Source: Ranitomeya imitator
Taxonomy: Eukaryota
Direction: 5' to 3'
NCBI RefSeq assembly: GCF_032444005.1
Contig: NC_091285.1
Coordinates: 15,500,001 to 15,564,000 of the forward strand
Length of the DNA stretch: 64,000 nucleotides
Part shown: positions 52,301-64,000 of the stretch, in pieces
How the letters are laid out: each line of letters opens with the position of its first letter
Position numbering within the stretch: the stretch's first letter is position 1
The notes under the pieces: model-generated
Database searches by the model: none
What the model was told of the DNA's origin: nothing
What the model saw: only the letters and a program-made list of their open reading frames with translations
Translations under genes and position numbers: made by a program

Positions 52301-55300
52301 GATGTAACTCAGGATCAGTAATGTAATGTATGTACACAGTGACTGCACCAGCAGAATAGTGAGTGCAGCTCTGGGGTATAATACAGGATGTAACTCAGGA
52401 TCAGTAATGCAATGTATGTGCACAGTGACTGCACCAGCAGAATAGTGAGTGCAGCTCTGGGGTATAATACAGGATGTAACTCAGGATCAGTAATGTAATG
52501 TATGTAACCAGTGACTGCACCAGCAGAATAGTGAGTGCAGCTCTGGGGTATAATACAGGATGTAACTCAGGATCAGTAATGTAATGTATGTACACAGTGA
52601 CTGCACCAGCAGAATAGTGAGTGCAGCTCTGGGGTATAATACAGGATGTAACTCAGGATCAGTAATGTATTGTATGTACACAGTGACTGCACCAGCAGAA
52701 TAGTGAGTGCAGCTCTGGAGTATAATACAGGATGTAACTCAGGATCAGTAATGTAATGTATGTACACAGTGACTGCACCAGCAGAATAGTGAGCGCAGCT
52801 CTGGAGTATAATACAGGATGTAACTCAGGATCAGTAATGTAATGTATGTACACAGTGACTGCACCTGCAGAATAGTGAGTGCAGCTCTGGGGTATAATAC
52901 AGGATGTAACTCAGGATCAGTAATGTAATGTATGTACACAGTGACTGCACCAGCAGAATAGTGAGTGCAGCTCTGCGGTATAATACAGGATGTAACTCAG
53001 GATCAGTAATGTAATGTATGTACACAGTGACTGCACCAGCAGAATAGTGAGCGCAGCTCTGGAGTATAATACAGGATGTAACTCAGGATCAGTCATGTAA
53101 TGTATGTACACAGTGACTGCACCTGCAGAATAGTGAGTGCAGCTCTGGAGTATAATACAGGATGTAACTCAGGATCAGTAATGTAATGTATGTACACAGT
53201 GACTGCACCTGCAGAATAGTGAGTGCAGCTCTGGGGTATAATACAGGATGTAACTCAGGATCAGTAATGTAATGTATGTACACAGTGACTGCACCAGCAG
53301 AATAGTGAGTGCAGCTCTGCGGTATAATACAGGATGTAACTCAGGATCAGTAATGTAATGTATGTACACAGTGACTGCACCAGCAGAATAGTGAGCGCAG
53401 CTCTGGAGTATAATACAGGATGTAACTCAGGATCAGTCATGTAATGTATGTACACAGTGACTGCACCTGCAGAATAGTGAGTGCAGCTCTGGAGTATAAT
53501 ACAGGATGTAACTCAGGATCAGTAATGTAATGTATGTACACAGTGACTGCACCAGCAGAATAGTGAGTGCAGCTCTGGAGTATAATACAGGAGGTAACTC
53601 AGGATCAGTAATGTAATGTATGTACACAGTGACTGCACCAGCAGAATAGTGAGTGCAGCTCTGGAGTATAATACAGGAGGTAACCGTGTGGTGGGATTAT
53701 TAGTGTACAGTAAAGGGCAGAGGCCTCGCACTCCTGGCCCAGGTGACCAGGTCTTCTGCTGACTTTTTGTACGTTATCCTCAAAAAATCTTCCTCCCTGT
53801 GAGTCATTGGGGTCCTCCCTTCACTTCCTGGGGATCCCCCATCACTTTCTCCGCAGTCATCACATGTTTGGTGTCTTTGGGACGGCGGTCTCTGACATCA
53901 GCTCGTCTTCCAGTAATTCCATCTGTGTAGACAGGGCAAGGACCCCGGGGCTGGGTCTCCGAAATGACGGCAGCAGATACATTAACTAAATAAACTCTGC
54001 ATCCAGGAACCTGCAGTGACCTTATCTGACACCGACACTGCGCACTTAACCCTTTACTGCAGACGTCCCACATATGAGGACTTGATTGACTTTAGCTGCC
54101 CCATTTTTGGCCCTGATAGATGCAACACAGAGAACATGGAGAAGTGCTGGGGAGGCAGAGACACGATCCCGGGGAAGCAGCAACACGATGCCGGGCAGGC
54201 CGCGAAACGATGCCGGGGAGGCAGCGACACAATGCCAGGAAGGCCACGACACGATGCTGGGGAGGCAGCGACACAATGCCGGGGAGGCCGCGACACAATG
54301 CCGGAGAGGCAGCGACATGATGTCGGGGAGGCCACAACACGATGGCGGGGAGGCCGCGAAACAATGCTGGCGAGGCAGCGACATGATGTCGGGGAGGCCA
54401 CAACACGATGGCGGGGAGGCCGCGAAACAATGCTGGCGAGGCCGTGACACGATGCAGGGGAGGCCACGAAATGATGCCGGGAAGGTCGTGACACAATGCC
54501 GGGGGGCAGCGACATGATCCCGGGGAGGCCGCGACACAAAATCGGGGAGGCAGCGACACAACACGATTCCGGAGAGGCCGTCACACAATGCAGGGAAGCC
54601 CAGACACGATGCCGTGGAGGCAGCAACACAATGCCGGGAAGACCACAACACGATGCCAGGGAGGCAGCGACAATTGCCGGGGAGGCAGCGAAACAATGCC
54701 GGGAAGGCAACGACACAATGCCAGGGAGGCAGCAAAACAATGCTGGGGAGGCCGCAAAACAATGCCGGGGAGGCCGCGACACGATTCCGGGGAGGCCAGC
54801 GACACGATGCCGGGGAGGCAGCGACACGATGCAGGTAAGGCCACGACACGATGCCAGGAGGCAGCGACACAATGCCAGGAATACCACAACACGATGCCGG
54901 GGAGGCAGCGAAACAATGCTGGGGAGGCTGCAAAACAATGCCAAGGAGGCCACGTCACGATTTTGGTGGAGGCCGCGACACGATGCCGGGAAGGCCGCGA
55001 CATGATGCAGGTGAGGCCGCGAAACAATGCCGGGGAGGCCGCAAAACAACAACGGGGAGGCCATGACACGATGCCAGGGAGGCAGCAACAAATGCCCGGG
55101 AGGCAGCGAAACAATGCCGGGGAGGCCGCAAAACAATGCCGGGGAGGCCACCACACGATGCCGGGGAGGCCGCGACACAATGCCGGGGAGGCCGCGACAT
55201 GATGCCGGAGAGGCAGCGACACGATGCCGGGGAGTCTGCGACACAATATCGGGGAGGCAGCGTCACAATATCGGGGAGGCAGCATCACAATGCTGGGAGG

Positions 55301-56399
55301 CAGCGACACGATGCCGGGGAGGCAGCGAAACAATGCCGGGGAGGCCGCAAAACAATATCGGGGAGGCAGCATCACAATATCGAGGAGGCAGCATCACAAT
55401 GCTGGGAGGCCACGACACGATGCCGGGGAGGCAGCGACAAATGCCGGGGAGGCAGCGAAACAATGCCGGGGAGGCCACAAAACAATGCCGGGGAGGCCAC
55501 CACACGATGCCGGGGAGGCCGCGACACGATGCCAGGGGGGGGCAGCGACACGATACCAGGGAGGCCGCGACACAATATTGGGGAGGCAGCATCACAATGC
55601 TGGGAGGCAGCGGCACGATGCCGCGAAGGCCACAACACAATGCCGGGGAGCCCAGACACGATGCCGGGGAGGCAACGTCACGATTCCACAGAGGCCGCGA
55701 CACGATATAGGTGAGGCCGCGACACGATGCAGGTGAGGCCGGGACACGATGCCGGGGAGGCAGCGACACGATGCAGGTGAGGCCGCGACACGATGCCGGG
55801 GAGGCCGCGACACGATGCCGGGGAGGCCAGCGACACGATGCCGGGGAGGCCAGCGACACGATGCCGGGGAGGCAGCGACACGATGCCGGGGAGGCAGCGA
55901 CACGATGCCGGGGAGGCAGCGACACGATGCAGGTGAGGCTGTGACACGATGCAGGTGAGGCTGTGACACGATGCAGGTGAGGCTGTGACACGATGCAGAT
56001 GAGGGCGCGACACGTTGCAGAGGAGGCAGCGATACGATGCAGGGGAGGCAGCGACACAATGCCAGGGAGGCAGCGACACCATGCAGAGGAGGCCACGGCA
56101 CGATGCCGAGGAGGCAGCAACATGATGCAGGGAGGCAGCGACATGATGCAGAAGAGGCAGCGACATGATGCAGGGGAGGCAGCGACATGATGCAGGGGAG
56201 GCAGCGACATGATGCAGGGGAGGCAGCGACATGATGCAGGGGAGGCACACACTCACATATAAGCCTTGTAGTTATTCCCGATCTTCTGGATGCGGATGTC
56301 GTATTTGGAATCTACAAACGGCTCGGTGGTCACGTAGGTTTTTGCCATGGCCACAATGCTGGACATATCCTGGAAGTCATATTGGTTTTCTACCTTTAC
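43363..56399 (-). CDS. SYN3: Synapsin III, last seven coding exons (5' part lies beyond the window end)
   Basis: Exons 56399-56257 ([11 protein letters not shown]...[14 protein letters not shown]), 51203-51129 ([22 protein letters not shown]), 49473-49371 ([27 protein letters not shown]), 46837-46703 ([19 protein letters not shown]), 46401-46293, 44620-44320 (Pro/Gln-rich) and 43495-43363 (KSQSLTN...[22 protein letters not shown]). Phases are consistent. The SYN3 paralog call rests on these motifs and adjacency to FBXO7. Confidence 0.93.
43520..44260 (+). repeat. 35-bp AT-rich tandem repeat, last SYN3 intron
   Basis: Unit aactactataatactgctcctatgtacaagaatat, about 21 copies. Confidence 0.97.
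44753..46119 (+). mobile_element. Degenerate Tc1-like DNA transposon
   Basis: TIRs c[a/t]gtggcatgtaaaagttt...aaacttttacatgtcactg followed by TA. Broken transposase fragments ([34 protein letters not shown]), with stops, frameshifts and an apparent internal deletion. Confidence 0.9.
46870..47610 (+). repeat. Approximately 150-bp degenerate tandem repeat, about 5 copies
   Basis: gcaagttgctgttg-like anchors near 46926, 47071, 47220, 47371 and 47526. Confidence 0.8.
48100..48790 (+). repeat. Approximately 27-bp tandem repeat (aaaactatagaatgaggggtggagcta)
   Basis: Read directly, with variable unit length. Confidence 0.9.
49582..51035 (+). repeat. 57-bp CTCF-like tandem repeat, about 25 copies, SYN3 intron
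   Basis: Same unit as 1-1216; an inverted arm follows at 51056-51078. Confidence 0.97.
51931..52220. mobile_element. MITE-like element with CCAGAGCTGCA arms; the right arm runs into the 86-bp array
   Basis: ccagagctgcattcataattctg (51931-51953) is the reverse complement of cagaattatgaatacagctcagg (52198-52220) at 21/23 positions. Confidence 0.6.
52198..53684 (+). repeat. 86-bp minisatellite array, about 17 copies, SYN3 intron
   Basis: Same unit as the other 86-bp arrays. Confidence 0.97.
54140..56245 (+). repeat. Approximately 22-bp GC-rich degenerate minisatellite, SYN3 intron
   Basis: Unit gccggggaggcagcgacacgat and variants. Confidence 0.93.
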
Positions 56400-56798
56400 C
56401 TAGAAAAAACAATTATAGAATCATCTAAAATTACATGAAAAGTGTAGAAAAACTTCCAATAATCCAGTAAGGCGAGAGCAACCCTTCCACCGCCACATGG
56501 GGCACATTCCCAACCACGTGCTGCAGTTATTAGCTCTACGTGAGTCATCGCCCAAACTGTGCGGTTTCCAAATGTGCAAGTTTGACAGAAATGAAGGTTT
56601 TTATGTTACTGGAGTGATTTATTTGGGCGTCACAGACAGATGAGGAGCACTCAGCATAGAGAGTCAGTCTCTTATTTAAGGAGTCATTAAAAACATCGAA
56701 GTGGAAAAAGAACCTGGGAACGGAGATGTTTTGGAACCGCGATGGGAACCTGTCTGACCCAAGGAAAATGTTATGACCTATTTATATATATATATATA

Positions 56799-58379
56799 CA
56801 GTGACTGGTAAAAGTTTGGGCACCCCTGGTCAAAATTACTGTTATTGTGAACAGCTGAGCAAGTTGAAGATGAAATGATCTCTAAAAGACCTAAAGTTAC
56901 AGATGACACATTTCCTTTGTATTTTAGGCAAAAGCAAAAAAAAAATTTAATCTTTAACAGTTAAATATTACAAAAAGGAAAATTGGCCGATGGTAAAGTT
57001 TGTGCACCTTGGATGGTTAGTACGTAGTAGTGCCCCCTTTTGAAAGCATCACAGCTTGTAAACTCTTTGCTGCCGGACATGAGTCTTTCATTTCTTGTTT
57101 GAGGAATTTTCATCCATTCTTCCTTGGAGAATTCCTCCAGTTCTGTGAGATTCCCGGGTCGTCTTCTATCCTCTGCTATTTTGAGGTATAGATACAGATT
57201 TTCAACAATGTTCAGATCAGGGGATTGTGAGGGTCATTGTAAAACCTTCAGCTTGTGCCTTCTGGGGTGGGCTATTGTGGATTCTGACTTGTGTTTAGGA
57301 CCATTATCCATTTGTAGAAACCGTCCTCTTCCTCTTTTCACCTACAGTTTTTTTTTACAAATGGTGTTATGTTTGCATCAAGAATTTAAATCCATTCTTC
57401 TCTCTACCCATGAAATGTTCCCTGTGCCATTGGTTGCAACACAACCCCAAAGCTTGATTGATCTCCACCATGCTTAATGGTTGGCGAGATGTTCTTTTAC
57501 TGAAATTCTGTGCCCTTTTTTCTCAACACATACCTGTGATCACTGTGGCTAAAGATTTCTATTTTAACCTTATTAGTCCACAGGACTTTTTTCCAAAAAG
57601 GATCAGGCTTGTTTAGATGTTCTTTTGCATACTTCTGATGCTGAATTTTTATAGTGAGGATGCAGGAGAGGTTTTCTTCTGATGACTCTTCCATGAAGTT
57701 CATATTTGTGCAGGTGTCTCTGAACAGTAGAACATTGTACCACAAATCCTCAGTCGGCTATATCTTCTATCTTGGAGGTCTTTTGCAGTCAAGCGGAGGT
57801 TCTGATTTGCGTCTTGAGCAATCCTATGAGCATCTCTCTCTCTCAAATTTTGCTTGGTCTTCCAGACCTTATCTTGACCTCCACTCTTCATGGTAACTGC
57901 AATTTCTTAATTACATTTTGAACTGAAGAAAGGGCAACTTGAAAACACTTTGCTATCATCTTATAGCCTTCTCCTGCTTTGTGTGCCTCCACCATTCTCA
58001 GAGAGCTAGGCAGCTGATTAGAAGAACCCATGATTGCTAGTTTTCGGTACAAGGTTAGAGGAGGCTGGGTTTTATAAAGCTGGGAAATTTGTATCACCTG
58101 AGATTTCCTAATGATGATATTGAACAAGCCATAATCCAAACAAGCTAATTAAGGTCTGAAACATTGGTCAAAGTTATCTGAGCACACAAATCTCCAAGGG
58201 TGCCCAAACTTTAGCATCGGCTCATTTTCCTTTTTGTAATTTTTTAAAAGAAAAAAACAACTATATATGTATATATATCTTTTACCTAAAATACAATTGA
58301 AATGTGACATTTAAATTGCTTAACTGTTCACAAAAAGAGTAAATTTGACCAGGGGTGCCCAAACTTTTACATGCCACTG
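56799..58379 (-). mobile_element. Degenerate Tc1-like transposon, same family as 44753-46119
   Basis: TA flanks; TIRs cagtg...aaaagtttgggcacccctggtcaaa. Minus-strand transposase fragments such as KPDPFWKKVLWT. Confidence 0.9.
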
Positions 58380-59944
58380 TATATATAGAGCATAACATTT
58401 TTCTTGGGTCAGACAGGTTCCCATTGCGGTCCCAAAATGTCTCGGTTCCCAGATACATTTTCCACTTCGATGTTTTTAATGACTCCTTCTGTACACTGTA
58501 CACCCATAACAGGAAGTAGCTTACCTGTCACATAGCCCCCTCCCCTTTAAAACTATGGAAGCAGAAAAAGAATCTGGAAACTGAAGAGTGTTGGAACCTT
58601 AAAGGGAATCTATCAATTTCAGTTGATTTATTTCACTTGGCACTCTTATTCCCCCATAGGCTAGCACAAAGTAGCTTGCTTGTCCCATGGACCCCTCCCT
58701 TTTAAAGTATAAAAGTGGAAAAAGAATCTGTTAACAAATACATTTTGCAACTTTAATGGAGACTTGTCTGCCTCCTTAAAGTGTTTTCGAATTCTTATAG
58801 CCATTCAACGGGACCAAGAGCAGTCACATGATCAAAAAGGTCACATATCTTGTATATCAGCGCCTGAAGGAGACATTTTTCTTAAGAGCCAAGGGAGGAA
58901 GGGAGGGCTACTATTCTGGCTAACTGCTATTATGTTATATACAGCGTAAAATTTTGTTGGGGGGGAGGTAGTCACATAGACCCCTTTTCATTAGACACAT
59001 CAAACAGCATTTGAGAAATAATGCATTTTGGAGCTTCAATGGCAACCTGTCTAGCCCACCTAAAATTAGATGCCATAGACCCTACAGTAACCCCAGTGGA
59101 AGTCTGTGTAGCCCATATAAAATTAAATCCCCTAGGCACTACTTTACCCCCACAATAGTGGAAGGAACATACGTAACTGTCGCATAGCGCCCTCTCCTTC
59201 TAATATCAAAGCAGAAACAGAATCTGGTAAACGAGACAGTTTGGAACCGCAATGGGTACCCGTCCAGCCCACTAAAAATATTTTATAGCTTTACTATGTC
59301 CTAAACATAGATTGACTAGGCTCTGTTGTACCCTAAACAGTATGTGAGAACCAAAACATTTTGGGACATTAATGGAGTCCTGCTCAGCCCACCAAAAATT
59401 GACCCATTAAACACTGCTATGCTCCCATTGCACCCTCACCATCCACCCCGTAACAGGTGCCAGAGAAGCTGAACATTCACATTGGCTCCTCACCATTAAA
59501 ATCATCACAGTGGTAACAAATTTTGGGAACAAAGTTTTGGACCCTTATCGTGAGTTTATGTATGTCTCTGCTATTCCTGTGGTTAACCGTATTCCTGCTG
59601 CAAGATACATGATTGCATATATAGCCCTGATGTTCCTATATGTATCTGCCCTCCAGCTGCATCTTCTGCTTCCATCCCTCCTTTTTATTTGTGCCAATTC
59701 AGCAGAGCCAAGAGATGTCACATGATTCAATAAGTTTTATATCCTGTCGATCACTTCCTGAAGGAGGAGACATGTTTCTAAAGAGCCGCAGGGTAGGGTG
59801 GTCGGGATGTGGGATCTACCTTGCATTGCACTCAGAGTTGGCATTTTAGGGAGTAAAGTAATGTCAGCAATGGCGGCTATAAGCTCAGGTCAGCTAGGAC
59901 ACTGTACTAATACAATAATCTATAATAATCTACATAAAGCTCTT

Positions 59945-60345
59945 ATCACATCCAGAGCTGCATTCAAAATGCTGCTGCTTTCCTGTTGCCAGAGAGATAC
60001 ACACCATAAGAACGAGATTGCACCATGTAGCTGCCTGATATTCATGGTGCTTGCTCCATTGGTAATTATGAGGGATTATAATGGTCTTTCATATCCTTGC
60101 TGCTGTGGGTATCATCCTCCAGTACTATCAGTGCCGTAGCGCAGATCAGCTGTGATCGGTGAAGGAAAAGGGAGAGTTCCATCTCCCTGCAGCGCCTCCA
60201 CAGGAGAAATGGAGTATTTCATCATCACCCTGCAGAAATCAATGAACTGGTGAGTTCTCCGGAGAGACAATCTTTTGTAGCATTCCCTGCTCTGTCTTTG
60301 TCAAATGGCAATCAGCAAAGTTTTGAAGGCAGCTCTGGATGTGAT
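59945..60345. mobile_element. MITE-like element with CCAGAGCTGCA arms (no array)
   Basis: atcacatccagagctgcattcaaaatgctgc (59945-59975) is a close reverse complement of gcaaagttttgaaggcagctctggatgtgat (60315-60345). Confidence 0.65.
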
Positions 60346-61841
60346 TGGAGTAAGACAAGGTGTAACTCTAAATCTACACAAAATAATGAACTCTATATTA
60401 TATGTACATAGCAGTCACGGGATATTTTAGCAGCAGGTACATAGACGACGGGTGCTGTACAGCCACACGCCGCCACTTCTCATCAAGATCTGCTCTGGAG
60501 GTGCTTGAGGATTTTATGGGAGATTCACAATCAAAGCCGCCGTCCAGCTGGGAAAACAGGGACTGTTGTCTTACATGTGGGAGTGGAGGCCGATGACATC
60601 ACTTGGCCAGATAGAAATTGGGGGCCGACAAGGGAAGTGGGGTGAGGACAGTAAAGCCATTATCCAGCTCCTGTTCTCGTTAGGGAAATGTTTATCAAGA
60701 TGCTGATGAGTCAGAAGGACACGAAGATAGAAAGATGGGCGCAGATAACGGCCGGTGCGTCACTGTTGGGCCGCACTTCTGCCAGATCACATCCTCTATG
60801 GTTTACTAGATCCAGCTTAAATTTATCTTCCCTTCTATAATCTTTATTTTATATATTCTTATTTCTTACCTATACATCTATCACTCTCTTATATCTATCA
60901 TTCGATCTTACCTATCGCCTATCTAGGCTCTGACTGGCCCACGGGAATCCGGTGAACCACCTGGTGGGCCTCACCTACTGAGCAACCACGTTTAGCACTC
61001 TGCTTGGGGTGGTGCACATGGATAATTCTGGTTCCCCTGCTGACTAATATAAAAAACATGTCCTGCTATTGTTATGGCTATCGATTCACATTGCCATGAT
61101 GACCCTGTATATTTGAATGGCTGAAAATACTGTATTAGAGGATGTGGTAAAGCATCAATATGTGAGCGTGAGTGCTGGGTATTGCTTCTACTGATCACGA
61201 TGATATCCTGTCTGAGGTCTGGGTCAATAGAGTGGGGCTCACTTCATCCTATTCTCAATTATCCTCCCAGCAACTCCTGTCTGATTTCCAGCATCCATCT
61301 ACTACTTCCTAGCTCAGTCGGCTGTTTTTGCTCTACAGTCTGCTAAGTCAAGCTAAAAACATATCTCTGCTATTAAGGTACCTGCTTTATTATCCATTAC
61401 TGCTTTATTAGCACTAATACACACACTACTACTTTGCTGTTCCTGTGGTTAACTGTGTCCTTGCTGCAAGATACCTGGTTTCTTGTATGTCTCTGCTATT
61501 CCTGTGATTAACTGCATACCTGCTGCAAGATACCCAATTTCATGTATGTCTCTGCTATTCCTGTGATTAACTGTATACCTGCTGCAAGATACCCAATTTC
61601 ATGTATGTCTCTGCTATTCATGTGGTCAACCGCATCCTTGCTGCAAGATACCCAATTTCATGTATGTCTCTGCTATTCATGTGGTCAACCGCATCCCTGC
61701 TGCAAGATACCCAATTTCATGTATGTCTCTGCTATTCCTGTGATTAACTGCATCCCTGCTGCAAGATACCCAATTTCATGTATGTCTCTGCTATTCATGT
61801 GGTCAACCGCATCCTTGCTGTAAGATACATGATTTCATGTA

Positions 61842-63011
61842 CAGTACAGACCGAAAATTGGACACACCTTCTCATATAAACATTTTTCTGTATTTTCATG
61901 ACTATGAAAATTGTACATTTACACTGAAGGCATCAAAACCATGAATTAACACATGTGGAATTATAGATTCATTCAAGAGAATGCCAAGAGTGTGCAAAGC
62001 AGTCATAAAGGCAAAAGGTGGCTACTTTGAAGAACCTAGAATATAAGACATAATTTCAGTTGTTTCACACTTTTTTGCTAAGTATATAATTCCACATGTG
62101 TTAAAGGGAACCTGTCACCCCGTTTTTTCAGATTGAGATATAAATACTGTTAAATAGGGCCTGCGCTGTGCGTTACAATAGTGTATGTAGTGTACCCTGA
62201 TTCCCCACCTATACTGCGAAATACATTACCAAAGTCGCCGTTTTCGCCTGTCAATCAGGCTGGTCAGGTCAGGTGGGCGTGGTGACATCGCTCTTTTCTT
62301 CCCCAGCTTTCCGTTGGTGGCGTAGTGGTGTGCGCATGTCCAAGTGCCGAATCCACTGCGCGCACGTGAAGAAACAGCGCGCGATCTGCGCTATTACCCC
62401 TGTCATCGGTGGGGGCAGCCATCTTCCTGGGGCCGCGCGTACGCAGATGGAGTGCTCTGCTGCACGGGGCTTCAGGAAAATGGCCACCGCGATCTCCATC
62501 TGCGCACGCGCGGCATCCCGCGGCCATTTTCCTGAAGCCCCGTGCAGCAGAGCACTCCATCTGCGCACGCGCGGCCCCAGGAAGATGGCCGCCCCCACCG
62601 ATGACAGGGGTAATAGCGCAGATCGCGCGCTGTTTCTTCACGTGCGCGCAGTGGATTCGGCACTTGGACATGCGCACACCACTACGCCACCAACGGAAAG
62701 CTGGGGAAGAAAAGAGCGATGTCACCACGCCCACCTGACCTGACCAGCCTGATTGACAGGCGAAAACGGCGACTTTGGTAATGTATTTCGCAGCATAGGT
62801 GGGGAATCAGGGTACACTACATACACTATAGTAACGCACAGCGCAGGCCCTATTTAACAGTATTTTTATCTCAATCTGAAAAAACGGGGTGACAGGTTCC
62901 CTTTAATTCATAGTTTTGATGCCTTCAGTGTGAATGTACAATTTTCATAGTCATGAAAATACAGAAAAATCTTTAAATGAGAAGGTGTGTCCAAACTTTT
63001 GGTCTGTACTG
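61842..63011. mobile_element. Non-autonomous Tc1-type element (about 370 bp excluding the nested MITE)
   Basis: TA duplication at 61840-61841 and 63012-63013; long TIRs cagtacagacc...ggacacaccttctcat / atgagaaggtgtgtcc...ggtctgtactg. Confidence 0.9.
62105..62902. mobile_element. 798-bp foldback MITE (T2/Kolobok-like)
   Basis: TTAA duplication at 62101-62104 and 62903-62906; termini AGGGAACCTGTCA...TGACAGGTTCCCT; arms of about 380 bp are near-perfect reverse complements around a short spacer. Confidence 0.95.
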
Positions 63012-63147
63012 TATGTCTCTGCTATTCCTGTGATTAACCACATCCCTGCGGCAAGATACCCAATGTTATGTATGTCTCTGCTATTCCTGTGATTAACCAC
63101 ATCCCTGCGGCAAGATACCCAATGTTATGTATGTCTCTGCTATTCCT

Positions 63148-63409
63148 CCATTCTCCATAAGGAGAAACGATACTCCTTAGACCCCAGTCCAGAGCCTCTC
63201 ACCTAGCCAAATTAGTTCTCATGCTTCGCACTGACGAGGGCCAACAGCCCGAAACACCGTGTCTGCGAATTGAGATACTGATTTGGCTTTTATCCTAAGT
63301 CATATTGCACGACTCGTTAAAGGGTTGATTGTGACTTGTAGGATCGCTACTTCCAACAGGTGGCGCTATAGAGTTTAAGTCCTCTTTTTCTCAGAAGAGG
63401 CAATTTGCA
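63148..63409 (+). mobile_element. 262-bp retrozyme-like or Penelope-associated insert
   Basis: Flanked by a 12-bp direct repeat tctgctattcct (63136-63147, 63410-63421) inside one 59-bp unit; contains a hammerhead ribozyme. Confidence 0.75.
63205..63288 (+). ncRNA. Type I hammerhead ribozyme
   Basis: Stem I TTCGCA/TGCGAA, core CTGACGA, stem II GGGC-caaca-GCCC, GAAA, short stem III ACA-ccg-TGT, GTC cleavage triplet (cut after 63263). Stem I extends through an internal loop (TCTCA/TGAGA, AGCCAAATTAGT/ACTGATTTGGCT). Confidence 0.88.
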
Positions 63410-64000
63410 TCTGCTATTCCTGTGATTAATTGCATCCCTGCTGCAAGGTACCTGATTTCATGTATGTGTCTGCTATTCCTGTGGTTAACCGCATCCTTGC
63501 TGCAAGATACACTATTTTATGTATGTCTCTGCTATTCCTGTGATTAACCGCATCACTGCTGCAAGATACCTGATTTCATGTATGTCTCTGCTATTCTTGT
63601 GGTTAACCGCATCCTTGCTGCAAAGTACGTGATTTCATGTATGTCTCTGCTATTCCTGTGGTTAACCCTATTCCTGCTGCAAGATACCAGATTGCATATA
63701 GAACCCTGATGTTTCTGTATTTATCTGCTCTCCAGCAGCATCTTTTCCTATTATCCTTGTTTGCATATCTGTTGCTCTGCACACCCTACTGTCATGGCCC
63801 TCACCATTCCACTTAAAAGTCCAACTCTGCTGTGTCATCACCTTCAGTCCGTAATGCTCACTATGACCTATGATTCAGTGAATAAACTATCTACCTCCTT
63901 TACATGTAGACTGTATGTTTTCCACTTGATTATCTAGAACACCCTTAGCCGGTCAGGATTGTATTAACGGCAGTGATTTACATTCCCACATAGCAGACCC

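Larger units (their letters stand above)
61430..63700 (+). repeat. 59-bp minisatellite interrupted by insertions
   Basis: Unit gtatgtctctgctattcctgtgattaactgcatacctgctgcaagatacccaatttcat, at about 61430-61841, 63012-63147 and 63410-63700. Confidence 0.9.

Noticed and set aside
54016-56256. Many overlapping ORFs on both strands
   Set aside because: They arise from the GC-rich 22-bp minisatellite.
60705-60730. Second hammerhead candidate (ctgatgag...)
   Set aside because: No GAAA core or flanking stems.
56400-64000. TIMP3 or further SYN3 exons
   Set aside because: No TIMP-like exon and no exon encoding the GHAHxGMGK segment could be found; they presumably lie beyond the window.

Overview
This is vertebrate genomic DNA, inferred to be a frog from its repeat families and gene order. 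It holds four host genes: the 5' part of PRDM4 (-), a complete 12-exon RTCB (-, 505 aa), a complete 9-exon FBXO7 (+, 454 aa, head-to-head with RTCB) and the last 7 exons of SYN3 (-). Roughly half of the window (my estimate, about 30 kb) is intronic minisatellite, and this explains most of the ORF track. An intact 5.6-kb DIRS1-type tyrosine-recombinase retrotransposon lies between FBXO7 and SYN3. The main findings are: (1) the DIRS gag and pol ORFs are in frame and separated by one UGA in the leaky context UGA-CUAG, with no ATG before the RT core; (2) the gag appears to be spliced, with a zinc-finger mini-exon between two GT-AG introns of about 75 nt; (3) a 262-bp insert with a 12-bp target-site duplication carries a well-formed type I hammerhead ribozyme; (4) the 86-bp and 57-bp (CTCF-like) arrays appear to have grown from the arms of small inverted-repeat elements. 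All calls were made by reading the sequence; no database search was run.
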